From: an uncultured Ignavibacteriaceae bacterium
Lineage (GTDB): Bacteria > Bacteroidota > Ignavibacteria > Ignavibacteriales > Ignavibacteriaceae
Direction of reading: 5' to 3'
Length of the DNA stretch: 24,175 nucleotides
Assembly: GCA_964589295.1 (NCBI GenBank)
Contig: CAZPSY010000002.1
Location: 3,168-27,342 of the forward strand
In this document: piece after piece, positions 9,393 to 18,346 of the stretch
How positions within the stretch are numbered: position 1 is the stretch's first letter
How the letters are laid out: each line of letters starts with the position of its first letter
The notes under the pieces: model-generated
Told to the model about the DNA's origin: nothing
Database searches by the model: none
What the model saw: only the letters and a program-made list of their open reading frames with translations
Program-made: the position numbers and the translations under genes

Positions 9393-9423
9393 TTGACTTT
9401 TGTGCTTTATAGCATTAAATTTG
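9393..9423 (+). promoter_or_regulatory. Primary-sigma promoter of the rplM operon
   Basis: TTGACT (9393-9398), 17-nt spacer, TAAATT (9416-9421). The downstream hexamer extends to TAAATTTG, matching TAnnTTTG. Confidence 0.7.
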
Positions 9424-9464
9424 TTCTCTTTTTTAGAAATGAATTAGGTTTTAAAGGAATCCCA

Positions 9465-9914
9465 GTGAAACAAGAGAAGTTGACAAAATTTATTAAGCCC
9501 GAAGACGCTGACAGAAAGTGGTTTATTGTTGATGCACAGGACCAGGTGCTTGGGCGGCTTGCAACAAGAGTTGCAAGTGTTATACGCGGTAAATACAAAC
9601 CGGTTTTTACTCCAAATATGGATGCTGGAGATTTTGTTGTAGTTATAAATGCAGAAAAAGTTAAGGTTACCGGCAAACGCGAAACGTTAAAGCAGTACAT
9701 AAGGCACAGCGGCTACCCGGGCGGTCAGAAGGTTACTTCGCTGCAGGAAATGCTAGTTAAAAAACCTGAGTTTGTTATTCAAAACGCTGTTAAAGGTATG
9801 CTGCCGAAAAACCGGCTGGGAAGAGTATTATTTAAGAAGTTAAAGGTTTACGCAGGCGATAAACATCCGCACGCTGCACAGAAACCTAAGACACTAATCT
9901 TAACGGAGTTATAA
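9465..9914 (+). CDS. rplM: 50S ribosomal protein L13
   Basis: [49 protein letters not shown] start at 9465 after AAAGGA; the ORF-track TTG at 9393 is the promoter -35 hexamer. Confidence 0.99.
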   Translation: MKQEKLTKFIKPEDADRKWFIVDAQDQVLGRLATRVASVIRGKYKPVFTPNMDAGDFVVVINAEKVKVTGKRETLKQYIRHSGYPGGQKVTSLQEMLVKKPEFVIQNAVKGMLPKNRLGRVLFKKLKVYAGDKHPHAAQKPKTLILTEL

Positions 9915-10301
9915 ATGGTTGATAAAATTTATGTTGGCAGAAGAAAAACTTCTGTTGCACGGGTTATTTTGAGAAATGGTAATGGTAAGATAACTGTTAA
10001 CGGAAGAGAATTTGAAAAAGCTTTTCCGATGCTCGATAGCAGGGAAGATATTGAAGGACCTTTAGTGGTTACCGAAACTAAAGGCAAATACGATCTGCAC
10101 GTAAATGTAAGAGGCGGCGGAATTACAGGGCAAGCCCAGGCAATAAGACTCGGTATAGCACGCGCACTTATAGATATTAACCCGGAATTCAGACCACCGT
10201 TAAAAAGTGAAGGATTTCTTACCAGGGATCCAAGAATGGTAGAACGTAAAAAATACGGTCAGCCAAAAGCAAGAAAAAGATTTCAGTTTTCTAAGAGATA
10301 A
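9915..10301 (+). CDS. rpsI: 30S ribosomal protein S9
   Basis: [56 protein letters not shown]. Confidence 0.99.
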   Translation: MVDKIYVGRRKTSVARVILRNGNGKITVNGREFEKAFPMLDSREDIEGPLVVTETKGKYDLHVNVRGGGITGQAQAIRLGIARALIDINPEFRPPLKSEGFLTRDPRMVERKKYGQPKARKRFQFSKR

Positions 10302-10314
10302 ATTAACTAATAAT

Positions 10315-10425
10315 CACGCATACTCCTGGATTTACCTCCTGTGTCCCTATAAATTGGGATTAAAGGTAAAGTTGAAAGGAGTAGAGGACCTGCCTGACGG
10401 TAGGCAGGATAAAACAGGAGATATA
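10315..10425 (+). promoter_or_regulatory. Structured rpsB leader RNA (candidate S2 autoregulatory element)
   Basis: Nested stems TACTCCT 10321-10327 / AGGAGTA 10377-10383, TTTACCT 10331-10337 / AGGTAAA 10364-10370 and TCCC 10344-10347 / GGGA 10356-10359. Preceded by CACGCA and followed by GAGG, as in described rpsB leaders. Confidence 0.65.
10389..10409. repeat. 21-nt REP-like palindrome CCTGCCTGACGGTAGGCAGGA
   Basis: Perfect 7-bp arms CCTGCCT 10389-10395 / AGGCAGG 10402-10408. AGGA occurs at both 10385-10388 and 10406-10409. Confidence 0.6.
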
Positions 10426-11316
10426 ATGAAACAAGTTGAACTTACTCAGCTTATAGAAGCTGGTGCACATTTCGGTCATTTAACCCGTCGTTGGAATCCC
10501 AAAATGAAGCCATATATTTTTATGGAAAAAAACGGGATTCATATTATTGATCTTAAAAAAACTCAAACGCTTATTACCGAATCTGCAGAAGCTCTTACAA
10601 AAATGGTTTCGGATGGAGGGAAAAACGTACTGCTTGTAGGAACTAAAAAACAGGCGAAAAGCGTTGTGGTTTCTGAAGCTAAAAGAGCCGGGATGAATTG
10701 GGTTAACGAACGCTGGTTAGGTGGAATGCTTACAAATTTTGGAACTATTAGAAAGAGCATTAAAAGACTTCAGAATATAGAGAAACAGGAAACCGACGGT
10801 ACTTTTGAAAAGATAACCAAGAAGGAAAGATTGTTCCTTACAAGGGAAAGAGATAAACTTAAAAAAGTTCTTGAAGGTGTGGAAACAATGACGAAACTGC
10901 CCGGCGCAGTATTCGTGGTTGATATTAAGAAGGAATCAATTGCTCTGAGGGAAGCAAAACGGCTTAACATACCTGTATTTGCTATTGTAGATACTAATTG
11001 CGATCCAGATTATATTGATTATATGATCCCTGCAAACGATGATGCTGTAAAAACTATTGAGCTGATTCTAAAAATTATGGGTGATGCCGTACTTGAAGGA
11101 CAGGCAAAGCTTAAAGAAATGAAAGCTGAAGAAGTTGCAGAAAAAGAGAGACTGAAAAAGGAACGTGAAAAAGAAAAAGAAGAAGCTAAAGCTGAAAGAT
11201 TAAAAGAAAAACAGATGAAAGAGGAAGAGAGGAAATCAGAAACTGCAAAAGATTCTGATGCCCCGGAAACCAAAAATGAAGATGTAAAAAAATCCTCTTC
11301 AGAAAACCAAATTTAA
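10426..11316 (+). CDS. rpsB: 30S ribosomal protein S2
   Basis: [50 protein letters not shown] 10426 follows SD CAGGAG. K/E-rich C-terminal tail. Confidence 0.99.
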   Translation: MKQVELTQLIEAGAHFGHLTRRWNPKMKPYIFMEKNGIHIIDLKKTQTLITESAEALTKMVSDGGKNVLLVGTKKQAKSVVVSEAKRAGMNWVNERWLGGMLTNFGTIRKSIKRLQNIEKQETDGTFEKITKKERLFLTRERDKLKKVLEGVETMTKLPGAVFVVDIKKESIALREAKRLNIPVFAIVDTNCDPDYIDYMIPANDDAVKTIELILKIMGDAVLEGQAKLKEMKAEEVAEKERLKKEREKEKEEAKAERLKEKQMKEEERKSETAKDSDAPETKNEDVKKSSSENQI

Positions 11317-11332
11317 AGGGAGTGAAATTACT

Positions 11333-12190
11333 ATGGCTGTTACTGCTGCTCAGGTAAATGAGCTAAGAAAAAAAACCGGCGCCGGTATGATGGATTGCAA
11401 AAAAGCACTGGTTGAAGCTAATGGCGATATGGAGAAAGCAATTGAGATCCTTAGAAAAAAAGGAACTGCCGTTGCCGCTAAAAGAGCCGAAAGAGCTGCC
11501 AACGAAGGTTTAGTACTTACAAAAATATCCGCTGATAAAAAGCACGGGACCATTATTGAATTAAACTGCGAAACAGATTTTGTTGCTAAAAGTAAAGACT
11601 TTGTTGTTCTTGCTAACCATGTGCTGGAAAGTGCGTTCGAGCAAAAGTCTGCAACGGTTGCTGAGTTACTGAATGGCAATGGCGAGTTAAAAGATAAGGT
11701 TACAGAAGTGCTCGGAAAAGTGGGTGAAAAAATTGAAATCTCCCGCATTGCCCACGAAGAAGCAGAAAAAGGATTACTTGTTGATTATATACATATGGGC
11801 TCGAAACTTGGTGTACTGGTTAAATTCGATTCTGTAAACGAAGGTGCCGATGAACTAAGTGAAATCGGAAAAGATATTGCGATGCAGGTTGCTGCAATGC
11901 ATCCGATTTGTGTTAAAAGAGATGACGTACCCGAAGACACTATTGTAATGGAAATTGAAATTTATAAAGAAGTGGCTCGCAAAGAAGGTAAGCCGGAAAA
12001 AATTCTTGATAAAATTGCCGATGGAAAGCTTAATAAATTTTACCAGGAAAGTGTGCTTACAGAGCAGACGTATATTAAAGACAATACAAAAACAGTTGGC
12101 GACCTTATTAAAGATTTTAATACAAAACACAACTCGGAAGTTAATATTTCCCTGTTTCATCGTTTCCATCTTGGAGATGAGAAAAAATAA
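11333..12190 (+). CDS. tsf: Translation elongation factor Ts
   Basis: VNELRKKTGAGMMDCKKAL, ELNCETDFVA, DIAMQVAAM. Confidence 0.99.
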   Translation: MAVTAAQVNELRKKTGAGMMDCKKALVEANGDMEKAIEILRKKGTAVAAKRAERAANEGLVLTKISADKKHGTIIELNCETDFVAKSKDFVVLANHVLESAFEQKSATVAELLNGNGELKDKVTEVLGKVGEKIEISRIAHEEAEKGLLVDYIHMGSKLGVLVKFDSVNEGADELSEIGKDIAMQVAAMHPICVKRDDVPEDTIVMEIEIYKEVARKEGKPEKILDKIADGKLNKFYQESVLTEQTYIKDNTKTVGDLIKDFNTKHNSEVNISLFHRFHLGDEKK

Positions 12191-12199
12191 TTTTTTACT

Positions 12200-12232
12200 A
12201 AAGGTCTTAATAAAATTAAGACCTTTTTTTTT
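12200..12232 (+). terminator. Intrinsic terminator after tsf
   Basis: AAAGGTCTTAAT (12200-12211) / ATTAAGACCTTT (12215-12226) perfect 12-bp stem followed by a T run. Confidence 0.85.
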
Positions 12233-12285
12233 ATATTTAATAAACAGGATTATTCCTGGTTACACTAACAACAACTAAATAAGTA

Positions 12286-13023
12286 ATGGATGTGAAGTAT
12301 AAGAGGATCCTTTTAAAACTCAGCGGCGAATCTCTTATGGGCAACAAGGGATTTGGAATTGATAATTCAGTACTCGATTTTTTTGCCGGGGAGATAAAAA
12401 AGGTACACGAAGCCGGGGTAGAAGTTGGACTGGTTATAGGCGGCGGAAATATCTACAGGGGTTTAAGTGCAAGCTCGCAGGGAATTGACAGGGCGACCGG
12501 CGACCATATGGGAATGCTGGCCACAATGATAAACTCTCTTGCCCTGCAAAACGCACTCGAAAAAGCAAAACTGCAAACTCGTTTGATGAGCGCTATTAAA
12601 ATGGATACTATTGCCGAATCGTACATTCGTCGCAGGGCAATAAGACACCTGGAAAAAGGTAGAGTTGTAATATGTGGTGCAGGAACCGGTCAGCCTTATT
12701 TTAGTACCGATACTGCTGCTTCACTTCGTGCTGTAGAAATTGGTGCATGCATAGTTATAAAAGGAACAAGAGTTGACGGAGTTTTTGACAGCGACCCGGA
12801 AAAAAATAGTAATGCAGTCAAGTTTGATAATATTTCTTACCTGGATGTTTTAAAGAAGAATCTCAGGATTATGGATCTTACTGCTGTAAGTCTTTGCCAG
12901 GAAAATGATCTTCCAATTGCTGTATTTAATATGAATGTTCCTGATAACCTGCTTAACCTGGTTAGCGGTAAACATGTTGGAACTATAATTAAGAGTGAGC
13001 AAAAAGCGACTAAAGAAGTTTAA
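12286..13023 (+). CDS. pyrH: Uridylate kinase
   Basis: [53 protein letters not shown]. Confidence 0.99.
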   Translation: MDVKYKRILLKLSGESLMGNKGFGIDNSVLDFFAGEIKKVHEAGVEVGLVIGGGNIYRGLSASSQGIDRATGDHMGMLATMINSLALQNALEKAKLQTRLMSAIKMDTIAESYIRRRAIRHLEKGRVVICGAGTGQPYFSTDTAASLRAVEIGACIVIKGTRVDGVFDSDPEKNSNAVKFDNISYLDVLKKNLRIMDLTAVSLCQENDLPIAVFNMNVPDNLLNLVSGKHVGTIIKSEQKATKEV

Positions 13024-13041
13024 CAAATTTCAGAGGAAATT

Positions 13042-13596
13042 ATGAACGACATAATTAAAGATGCCAAATCGAGAATGGATAAATCCTTGGAAGCTTTAAG
13101 GGATGAACTTACAAAAGTTAGAACCGGTAAAGCCACTACCGCCCTGCTGGATGCTATTAAGGTAGATTATTATGGTAACCTGGTACCCCTTAACCAGGTT
13201 GGAAACGTTTCCGTTTTAGATGCTCATACACTATCTATAACACCATGGGAAAAAACCATGGTGCCTGCTATAGAAAAAGTAATTATGGAAGCTAACCTTG
13301 GTTTTAATCCTGTTAGCGATGGAACAAACCTTAAAGTGCCTGTTCCACCTTTAAATGAAGAGAGAAGGAAAGAGTTTGTAAAACTGACAAAAAAGTTTGG
13401 TGAAGATGCGAAAGTTGCTATTAGAAATATAAGACGCGATGCAAATGATCATCTGAAAAAGGTAGAAAAGGATAAAAAGATGTCTGAGGACCAGTTACTT
13501 GATGCTGTAGATGAAGTTCAAAAATATACTGATGAACATACAAAACTGATTGATGAGATACTTAAGCATAAAGAAAAAGAGATAATGGAAGTGTAA
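13042..13596 (+). CDS. frr: Ribosome recycling factor
   Basis: VRTGKATTALLD, VDYYG, PPLNEERRKE, AIRNIRRDAN, KEKEIMEV. Confidence 0.99.
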   Translation: MNDIIKDAKSRMDKSLEALRDELTKVRTGKATTALLDAIKVDYYGNLVPLNQVGNVSVLDAHTLSITPWEKTMVPAIEKVIMEANLGFNPVSDGTNLKVPVPPLNEERRKEFVKLTKKFGEDAKVAIRNIRRDANDHLKKVEKDKKMSEDQLLDAVDEVQKYTDEHTKLIDEILKHKEKEIMEV

Positions 13597-13622
13597 ATGC
13601 TAAAATTTTCTTATGTGAATTT

Positions 13623-13650
13623 GCCCAATCTTAAAAGGTTGGGCTTTTTT
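13623..13650 (+). terminator. Intrinsic terminator after frr (abuts the stop of the convergent capA-like gene)
   Basis: GCCCAATC (13623-13630) / GGTTGGGC (13637-13644) stem with one G-T pair, then TTTTTT. Confidence 0.8.
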
Positions 13651-14761
13651 ATTTACCGATAAATCTGAAGGAAGAAATATACTCTTCTCTCGGTCTTACC
13701 GCTGGTGGAATAATTTGGTTGTTATAAATTCCCCCGGTTTTAGTAAAAATAATTTCGTTCTCTGGAAAGTCTTCATATGTTGAAGATCTTACACGTTTAA
13801 AACCCTCGCCAGTTTCATCAATATTTGGTATTCCATAACCGGTTTGTTTTGCGGCAATTAATTTACCGTGAAGAAAATCACCTGAATTAATATCAATATC
13901 TGCGTCAAGTATTACGGAGATACCGGGTACACCGCTTATATTCATATTTCCGTAAGTTAAAAAATTACCAAGCGAATATGCGATCAGTTTATTTTTATAA
14001 ATCTCTATTGCTCTTAAAACGTGTGGTCCATGCCCAATTACCATATCGGCTCCCGCATCTATTGCTGTTCGTGCAAAAGCAATAACGTTTCCCCGGTTTT
14101 CGCCTAAAAAAAACTCTGTTTCATTTTTTATGTTAACCTTGTCTCTTCCTTCGGCGCCTCCGTGGAATGAAACTATTATTATATCATATTTCTTATCCAA
14201 CTCTTCAATTACTATTCTTGTATTTTCTAAATCTGATATACTGTGTGATGTGCCAGAATAACCAAATGCAGCAACCACAATCTTTTTCTCCTCAATTAAG
14301 AATTCTGCAAAACCGGTTTTGGCTGCAAATTTAATTCCAAGCTCATTAAGTTTTTGTTGTGTAAACAGGTAGCCATCCGCTCCGTAATCCTCGGAATGGT
14401 TATTATCCATATTTAAAACATTAAAGCCCATTCCTTTAAGTGAAGCGGATAAAACCTCAGGCATTCCGAACTCATAGCATCTTCCGGCTATTCTCGATTT
14501 ATCAGAACACTTTACCGGCTGCATACCATCTTTTATTATTGCTCCTTCAAGATTTCCAAAAACAATATCTGCTTCTGTAAGATATTTCCCAATTGAACTA
14601 ACAAATTCTCTTCCTTCATCCGGCGGCAGAATGGTTTTTGGAGTTACAGAGCCAAGCATTATATCTCCAACTGCTTTTATCCTTATTTGAGCATTGCTGG
14701 TTAGGTTTAGGAAAAGCGAAACAATGATTAAATATATAATTGAAACTGAACGAATGCGCAT
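13649..14761 (-). CDS. Exported CapA-family (PGA_cap) metallophosphoesterase-fold protein
   Basis: Signal peptide. Motifs AVGDIMLG, FGNLEG, NNHSEDYG, SFHGGAEG, VIGHGPHV, YSLGNF. No capB/capC in the window. Confidence 0.9.
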   Translation of the reverse strand: MRIRSVSIIYLIIVSLFLNLTSNAQIRIKAVGDIMLGSVTPKTILPPDEGREFVSSIGKYLTEADIVFGNLEGAIIKDGMQPVKCSDKSRIAGRCYEFGMPEVLSASLKGMGFNVLNMDNNHSEDYGADGYLFTQQKLNELGIKFAAKTGFAEFLIEEKKIVVAAFGYSGTSHSISDLENTRIVIEELDKKYDIIIVSFHGGAEGRDKVNIKNETEFFLGENRGNVIAFARTAIDAGADMVIGHGPHVLRAIEIYKNKLIAYSLGNFLTYGNMNISGVPGISVILDADIDINSGDFLHGKLIAAKQTGYGIPNIDETGEGFKRVRSSTYEDFPENEIIFTKTGGIYNNQIIPPAVRPREEYISSFRFIGK

Positions 14762-14874
14762 TTTTCTATAATAAATGATTTTACTATCAACTTATAAGTT
14801 AAGCTAAATTTGATTAAATTTTGTCGCAAAGTATTGATAGTTTTTCTCTATTTAAAAACTGATATAGAAATCAT

Positions 14875-15570
14875 TTGAAGAAAAATTTCGATTTCAAATC
14901 CTTTAAAATAGGTCCGATAACTCCTTCTGAGTATTTAAACAAGGCAACTGTTAGAAATATCATCTATATGACCTTAGCAATATTTCTATTTTTAAGCGGT
15001 GTTATTGTTTATGGAATTATTCTCAATTTAAGGGAAGTTCCACTTTCAGAAGCACTTATGCAAAAAGGATTTTCAGAGTTAAATAAACCAAATATTGTAA
15101 TCGATCGTGTTAACTTTACTCTTGATCTTTACGAAGACTCAGTGCTTGTAAAAACATACCGTGCAAGTTTTGGGCGCACTCTTCATAAGCCGAAAAGGAG
15201 GGCTGGAGACGGTGCAACGCCGGTAGGAAGGTACCAGGTATGCAGTATCGATACATCCAGCAAGTATTATAAACTTTTCAGGTTAAATTATCCAAGTCTT
15301 GATGATGCATCGGATGCTTTAAAGAAAGGTTTGATTTCGCAAAAAGAGTTCAACAACATAAAGTTTGAATATTACTATGAAGGATGTACAGGGTACAACC
15401 GTGTACTGGGTGGCAATATTGGTATTCATGGAATTGGTAAATTCAATTATATTCTTAAAAATCTACCCTTTGTGTTTAACTGGACTGATGGTTCAGTTGC
15501 ACTGAGTGATGAAGATATTGAAGAAATTTATTCTGTAATAAAAATAGGAACAGAAGTTGTTATTAAATAG
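14875..15570 (+). CDS. Membrane-anchored YkuD / L,D-transpeptidase-family protein with Cys-to-Ser at the nucleophile position
   Basis: N-terminal TM segment. GDGATPVGRY, LRLNYP-like FRLNYPS, GGNIGIHG, NWTDGSVALSDEDIEEIY, IGTEVVIK. TTG start is uncertain. TAAATTTG at 14805-14812 upstream. Confidence 0.85.
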   Translation: MKKNFDFKSFKIGPITPSEYLNKATVRNIIYMTLAIFLFLSGVIVYGIILNLREVPLSEALMQKGFSELNKPNIVIDRVNFTLDLYEDSVLVKTYRASFGRTLHKPKRRAGDGATPVGRYQVCSIDTSSKYYKLFRLNYPSLDDASDALKKGLISQKEFNNIKFEYYYEGCTGYNRVLGGNIGIHGIGKFNYILKNLPFVFNWTDGSVALSDEDIEEIYSVIKIGTEVVIK

Positions 15571-15571
15571 A

Positions 15572-16162
15572 ATGAAATACCTGTTATTTGTTATATCAAT
15601 TTTTATAACTGTTTCCTGCGATAAAGGATATGAGCCTCCTCCGCACAATTTGTTTGAAGACCAGACGCAGGTTTTGGAGGTTGCAAGAGAAACAGTAGGT
15701 GAAAGAGTATCCTTTTCAGCTTCCGGTTACTTCGAATCTGATAGTGTGAAATCAATTTGTGCCGGAGTGGAAGAAACGAGCAATAATCAATTTGGAATAA
15801 AATTTAGTTTGGTTAGCTGGAATGAGGGTGAATTCGTTCATCAATATACATCCGGTTTACTGGAAGGTTCATTTGATGGATGCATTGTTGATAAGATAAA
15901 GTTTTCTGATATCCCGAACGAATTAATTTATTATAATTCTAAATCATATTTTATAGGTTCGGGTGGAGGAGAAGTTTTTTTGCACGTAGTAGATTTAAAT
16001 AAGCGAAAAGTATATTCTGCACATCTTACTACTGCTGCACGCGGTCCGGCAACTCTGGAATTGTCAGACAATATTGATATCCCGATGCTGCGAACCTTTT
16101 TTGTTAGTTACTTTAGAAGAGATTATCCCTCACTCAAAGTTATTGAATCCGGAAAAATTTAG
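15572..16162 (+). CDS. Hypothetical lipoprotein
   Basis: MKYLLFVISIFITVSC-D, a lipobox-like signal with Cys16. ATG 1 nt after the YkuD stop, suggesting translational coupling. Confidence 0.75.
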   Translation: MKYLLFVISIFITVSCDKGYEPPPHNLFEDQTQVLEVARETVGERVSFSASGYFESDSVKSICAGVEETSNNQFGIKFSLVSWNEGEFVHQYTSGLLEGSFDGCIVDKIKFSDIPNELIYYNSKSYFIGSGGGEVFLHVVDLNKRKVYSAHLTTAARGPATLELSDNIDIPMLRTFFVSYFRRDYPSLKVIESGKI

Positions 16163-16291
16163 TGAGGGGGCAAATTACATTTCTAAAATAAACTTCTGCC
16201 TGCAACGATTTATTTTATAGTGTGCCGCCGATTTATTAATTATCTTTGTGCAATAATAATTAAGTAGCTGTAGTAAAAAGAATATTTGCAG

Positions 16292-18346
16292 ATGATCTTA
16301 AAGTTTTTAACTGTTTCTTTTTTTATTGCCGCACTGGGTTTCCAGGCAGCACTATTTGCACAGCAGCAGGAATATATTGAGCTGTCATCAATAAATTTTG
16401 AAGGAAATGAAGAAATTCCTGATTCTGAATTAGAAAGCGTTCTGCAAAGTAAAGAAACTCCCTGGTGGTTCTGGAAATTCCTTAACTCATTTAGCGGTTT
16501 AGGTTCGCCGCCAGAGTATTATGATACAACCTCAATCCCTCTCGATATGATCTCTCTTAAATCTTACTATGCTGTAAACGGGTTTTTCCTTGCGGAAATA
16601 TTATACAATTACAAAATTGATACGTCTGCTCATGATGCAGAACTAACTTACCATGTACAAGAAGGAACTCCGTTTACATATGGAATTAACAAGGTTTATG
16701 GACTGGAAACTCTTGATGAAAATTTATTTTCACAGGTAAGTCCCTTACTTTATCCTGCCAACGATGCAAGGTACAACCAGGAAGACCTCAATACAAGATT
16801 TGAATCAATTGTAGATTATCTTAAAAACTTTGGCTATATGCTTGTTGAGTTTGACAGTACTGTTATAAGTATTGATACGGTTAATTTTAAAACCAATTTG
16901 AGCACTTACATCACTCTTGGTAATCTTTATCTTTACAGCGATGTGAAAATTGAAAAGGAAGGGGACGGGAAAGATCTCGTTAGTGATGATATGATTAGAT
17001 ATGTAACCAACATTAATGTTGGCGATGTTTATAGTGTGGAAAAGATTGCTAAAAGCCGTTTAAGACTTGCAAGAACAGGACTCTTCAATTCGATAAATCT
17101 CAGAGGGGTTTTAGAGGATACAATAAAGAATTTTGTGCCTTTATTAATAACCGGTAACATCGGTCCGCTTAACGAACTTTCACCAGAAGTATTTGCAGAT
17201 AACGAGCTTAATACTTTTAACCTTGGTGTGGGTGCCAGCTACATTCGTAAGAACTTTTTAGGTGATGCCCGGAAACTTACTTTAAGAGCAAGGTTCAGAG
17301 CTACAGATATATCCAATATCAGTTTTTCTTCGGAAAGATTTGAAAAAACTTTTCAATCGGAAATTGACCTCTCGTTGTTGCTTGAGCAGCCATTTCTCTT
17401 TATCAGAAGTATTTCAGGAAGATTGGAAGGATATTTAAAATCGTACAATATTTCTTCAGTAGATTACAGGAATATAGGCAGCGTATTAACCCTAACAGTA
17501 GATATGCCCACATATACATTTATCAATGTTCTTAATCCTTATTTTAGGCTTGACCAACTAACCTGGAAACTGCCTGACTTACCCTTTAAAGTGGGAGATT
17601 TAGATACTGTGGCTGCAGATGCCCGAACATTCACAACTTCGCTTGGTGCAGAAATTGCTTCCAGCACTACCAATGATCTGTTTTATCCTACAAACGGCAG
17701 GATAATATCGCTAATCAGTGAAATTGCTTCATCCGATGTTGTATGGGAGTTTCGTGAACCTAAGACAAACAATCTTATTGAAACCACCAATGACCTGGGT
17801 TACTACTATAAACTGCAATTATCTTTAGGACTATTTTTGCCTGTCTCCAAAGATAAATTTACTGTTCTTGGCATAAAAGCAAAAACAGGTTATATCCAGA
17901 TGATAAAAGGCGGACCGGAATTGATATCACCCAGCCAAACATTTTTTGCCGGCGGCAGCAACTCAGTTAGGGGATGGCGTGCACGGGAACTTATTCCTTC
18001 AGACCAAATTTTGTACATAGGCGCACCAGGTTTGACTAATGACTTTAGAATAAGAGGCGGAACTTTTTTGATTGAGGGCAGCTTTGAGTATAGAAGAAAA
18101 TTTGAGCAGGAATATGGCTTTGCTGTTTTTATGGATTACGGAAATTCCTGGAATGGTTATAATAAAGTACGATGGGATCAGTTAGCAGTCGCTGTTGGAA
18201 CAGGTATCAGGTATTATTCTCCAATCGCTCCGTTCAGGTTAGATATTGGGTTTAAATTTTATGATCCGGCTGATAAGAAATTCATTTTTGAAAAATCGGT
18301 TTTCAAATCGATGCAAATTCATTTTGGCATTGGAGAAGCATTTTAA
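16292..18346 (+). CDS. Omp85-family outer membrane protein, TamA/TamL-like (three POTRA domains)
   Basis: SPI-type signal peptide, three POTRA-like repeats, barrel with FFAGGSNSVRGW, EGSFEYR, FMDYGNSW, GIRYYSPIAPFRLDIG and terminal HFGIGEAF. TATCTTTG at 16241-16248. Confidence 0.88.
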   Translation: MILKFLTVSFFIAALGFQAALFAQQQEYIELSSINFEGNEEIPDSELESVLQSKETPWWFWKFLNSFSGLGSPPEYYDTTSIPLDMISLKSYYAVNGFFLAEILYNYKIDTSAHDAELTYHVQEGTPFTYGINKVYGLETLDENLFSQVSPLLYPANDARYNQEDLNTRFESIVDYLKNFGYMLVEFDSTVISIDTVNFKTNLSTYITLGNLYLYSDVKIEKEGDGKDLVSDDMIRYVTNINVGDVYSVEKIAKSRLRLARTGLFNSINLRGVLEDTIKNFVPLLITGNIGPLNELSPEVFADNELNTFNLGVGASYIRKNFLGDARKLTLRARFRATDISNISFSSERFEKTFQSEIDLSLLLEQPFLFIRSISGRLEGYLKSYNISSVDYRNIGSVLTLTVDMPTYTFINVLNPYFRLDQLTWKLPDLPFKVGDLDTVAADARTFTTSLGAEIASSTTNDLFYPTNGRIISLISEIASSDVVWEFREPKTNNLIETTNDLGYYYKLQLSLGLFLPVSKDKFTVLGIKAKTGYIQMIKGGPELISPSQTFFAGGSNSVRGWRARELIPSDQILYIGAPGLTNDFRIRGGTFLIEGSFEYRRKFEQEYGFAVFMDYGNSWNGYNKVRWDQLAVAVGTGIRYYSPIAPFRLDIGFKFYDPADKKFIFEKSVFKSMQIHFGIGEAF

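Noticed and set aside
10354-10425. 24-aa N-terminal extension of S2 in the ORF track, and the similar extension of L13 from 9393
   Set aside because: These regions are the rpsB leader RNA and the rplM promoter. Internal starts with SD sites match normal protein lengths.
11100-11316. K/E-rich C-terminal tail of S2 and charged N-terminal extension of the UDG (21679 onward)
   Set aside because: Low-complexity extensions are common in these families, and neither shows repeat structure or a distinct domain.
4828-12648. Other small overlapping ORFs (4828-5034, 6113-6316, 7481-7744, 7710-7910, 8075-8260, 8716-8913, 9407-9700, 10563-10760, 10770-10970, 11019-11273, 11350-11748, 11855-12169, 11955-12278, 12463-12648)
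   Set aside because: They overlap conserved genes or their promoters in alternative frames, and nothing supports coding.
13649-14761. Poly-gamma-glutamate capsule synthesis call for the CapA-family gene
   Set aside because: capB and capC are absent from the window, and stand-alone CapA-domain proteins are widespread.
16184-16217. TAAAATAAA / TTTATTTTA inverted pair upstream of the Omp85 gene
   Set aside because: Pure A/T low-complexity match, expected by chance.
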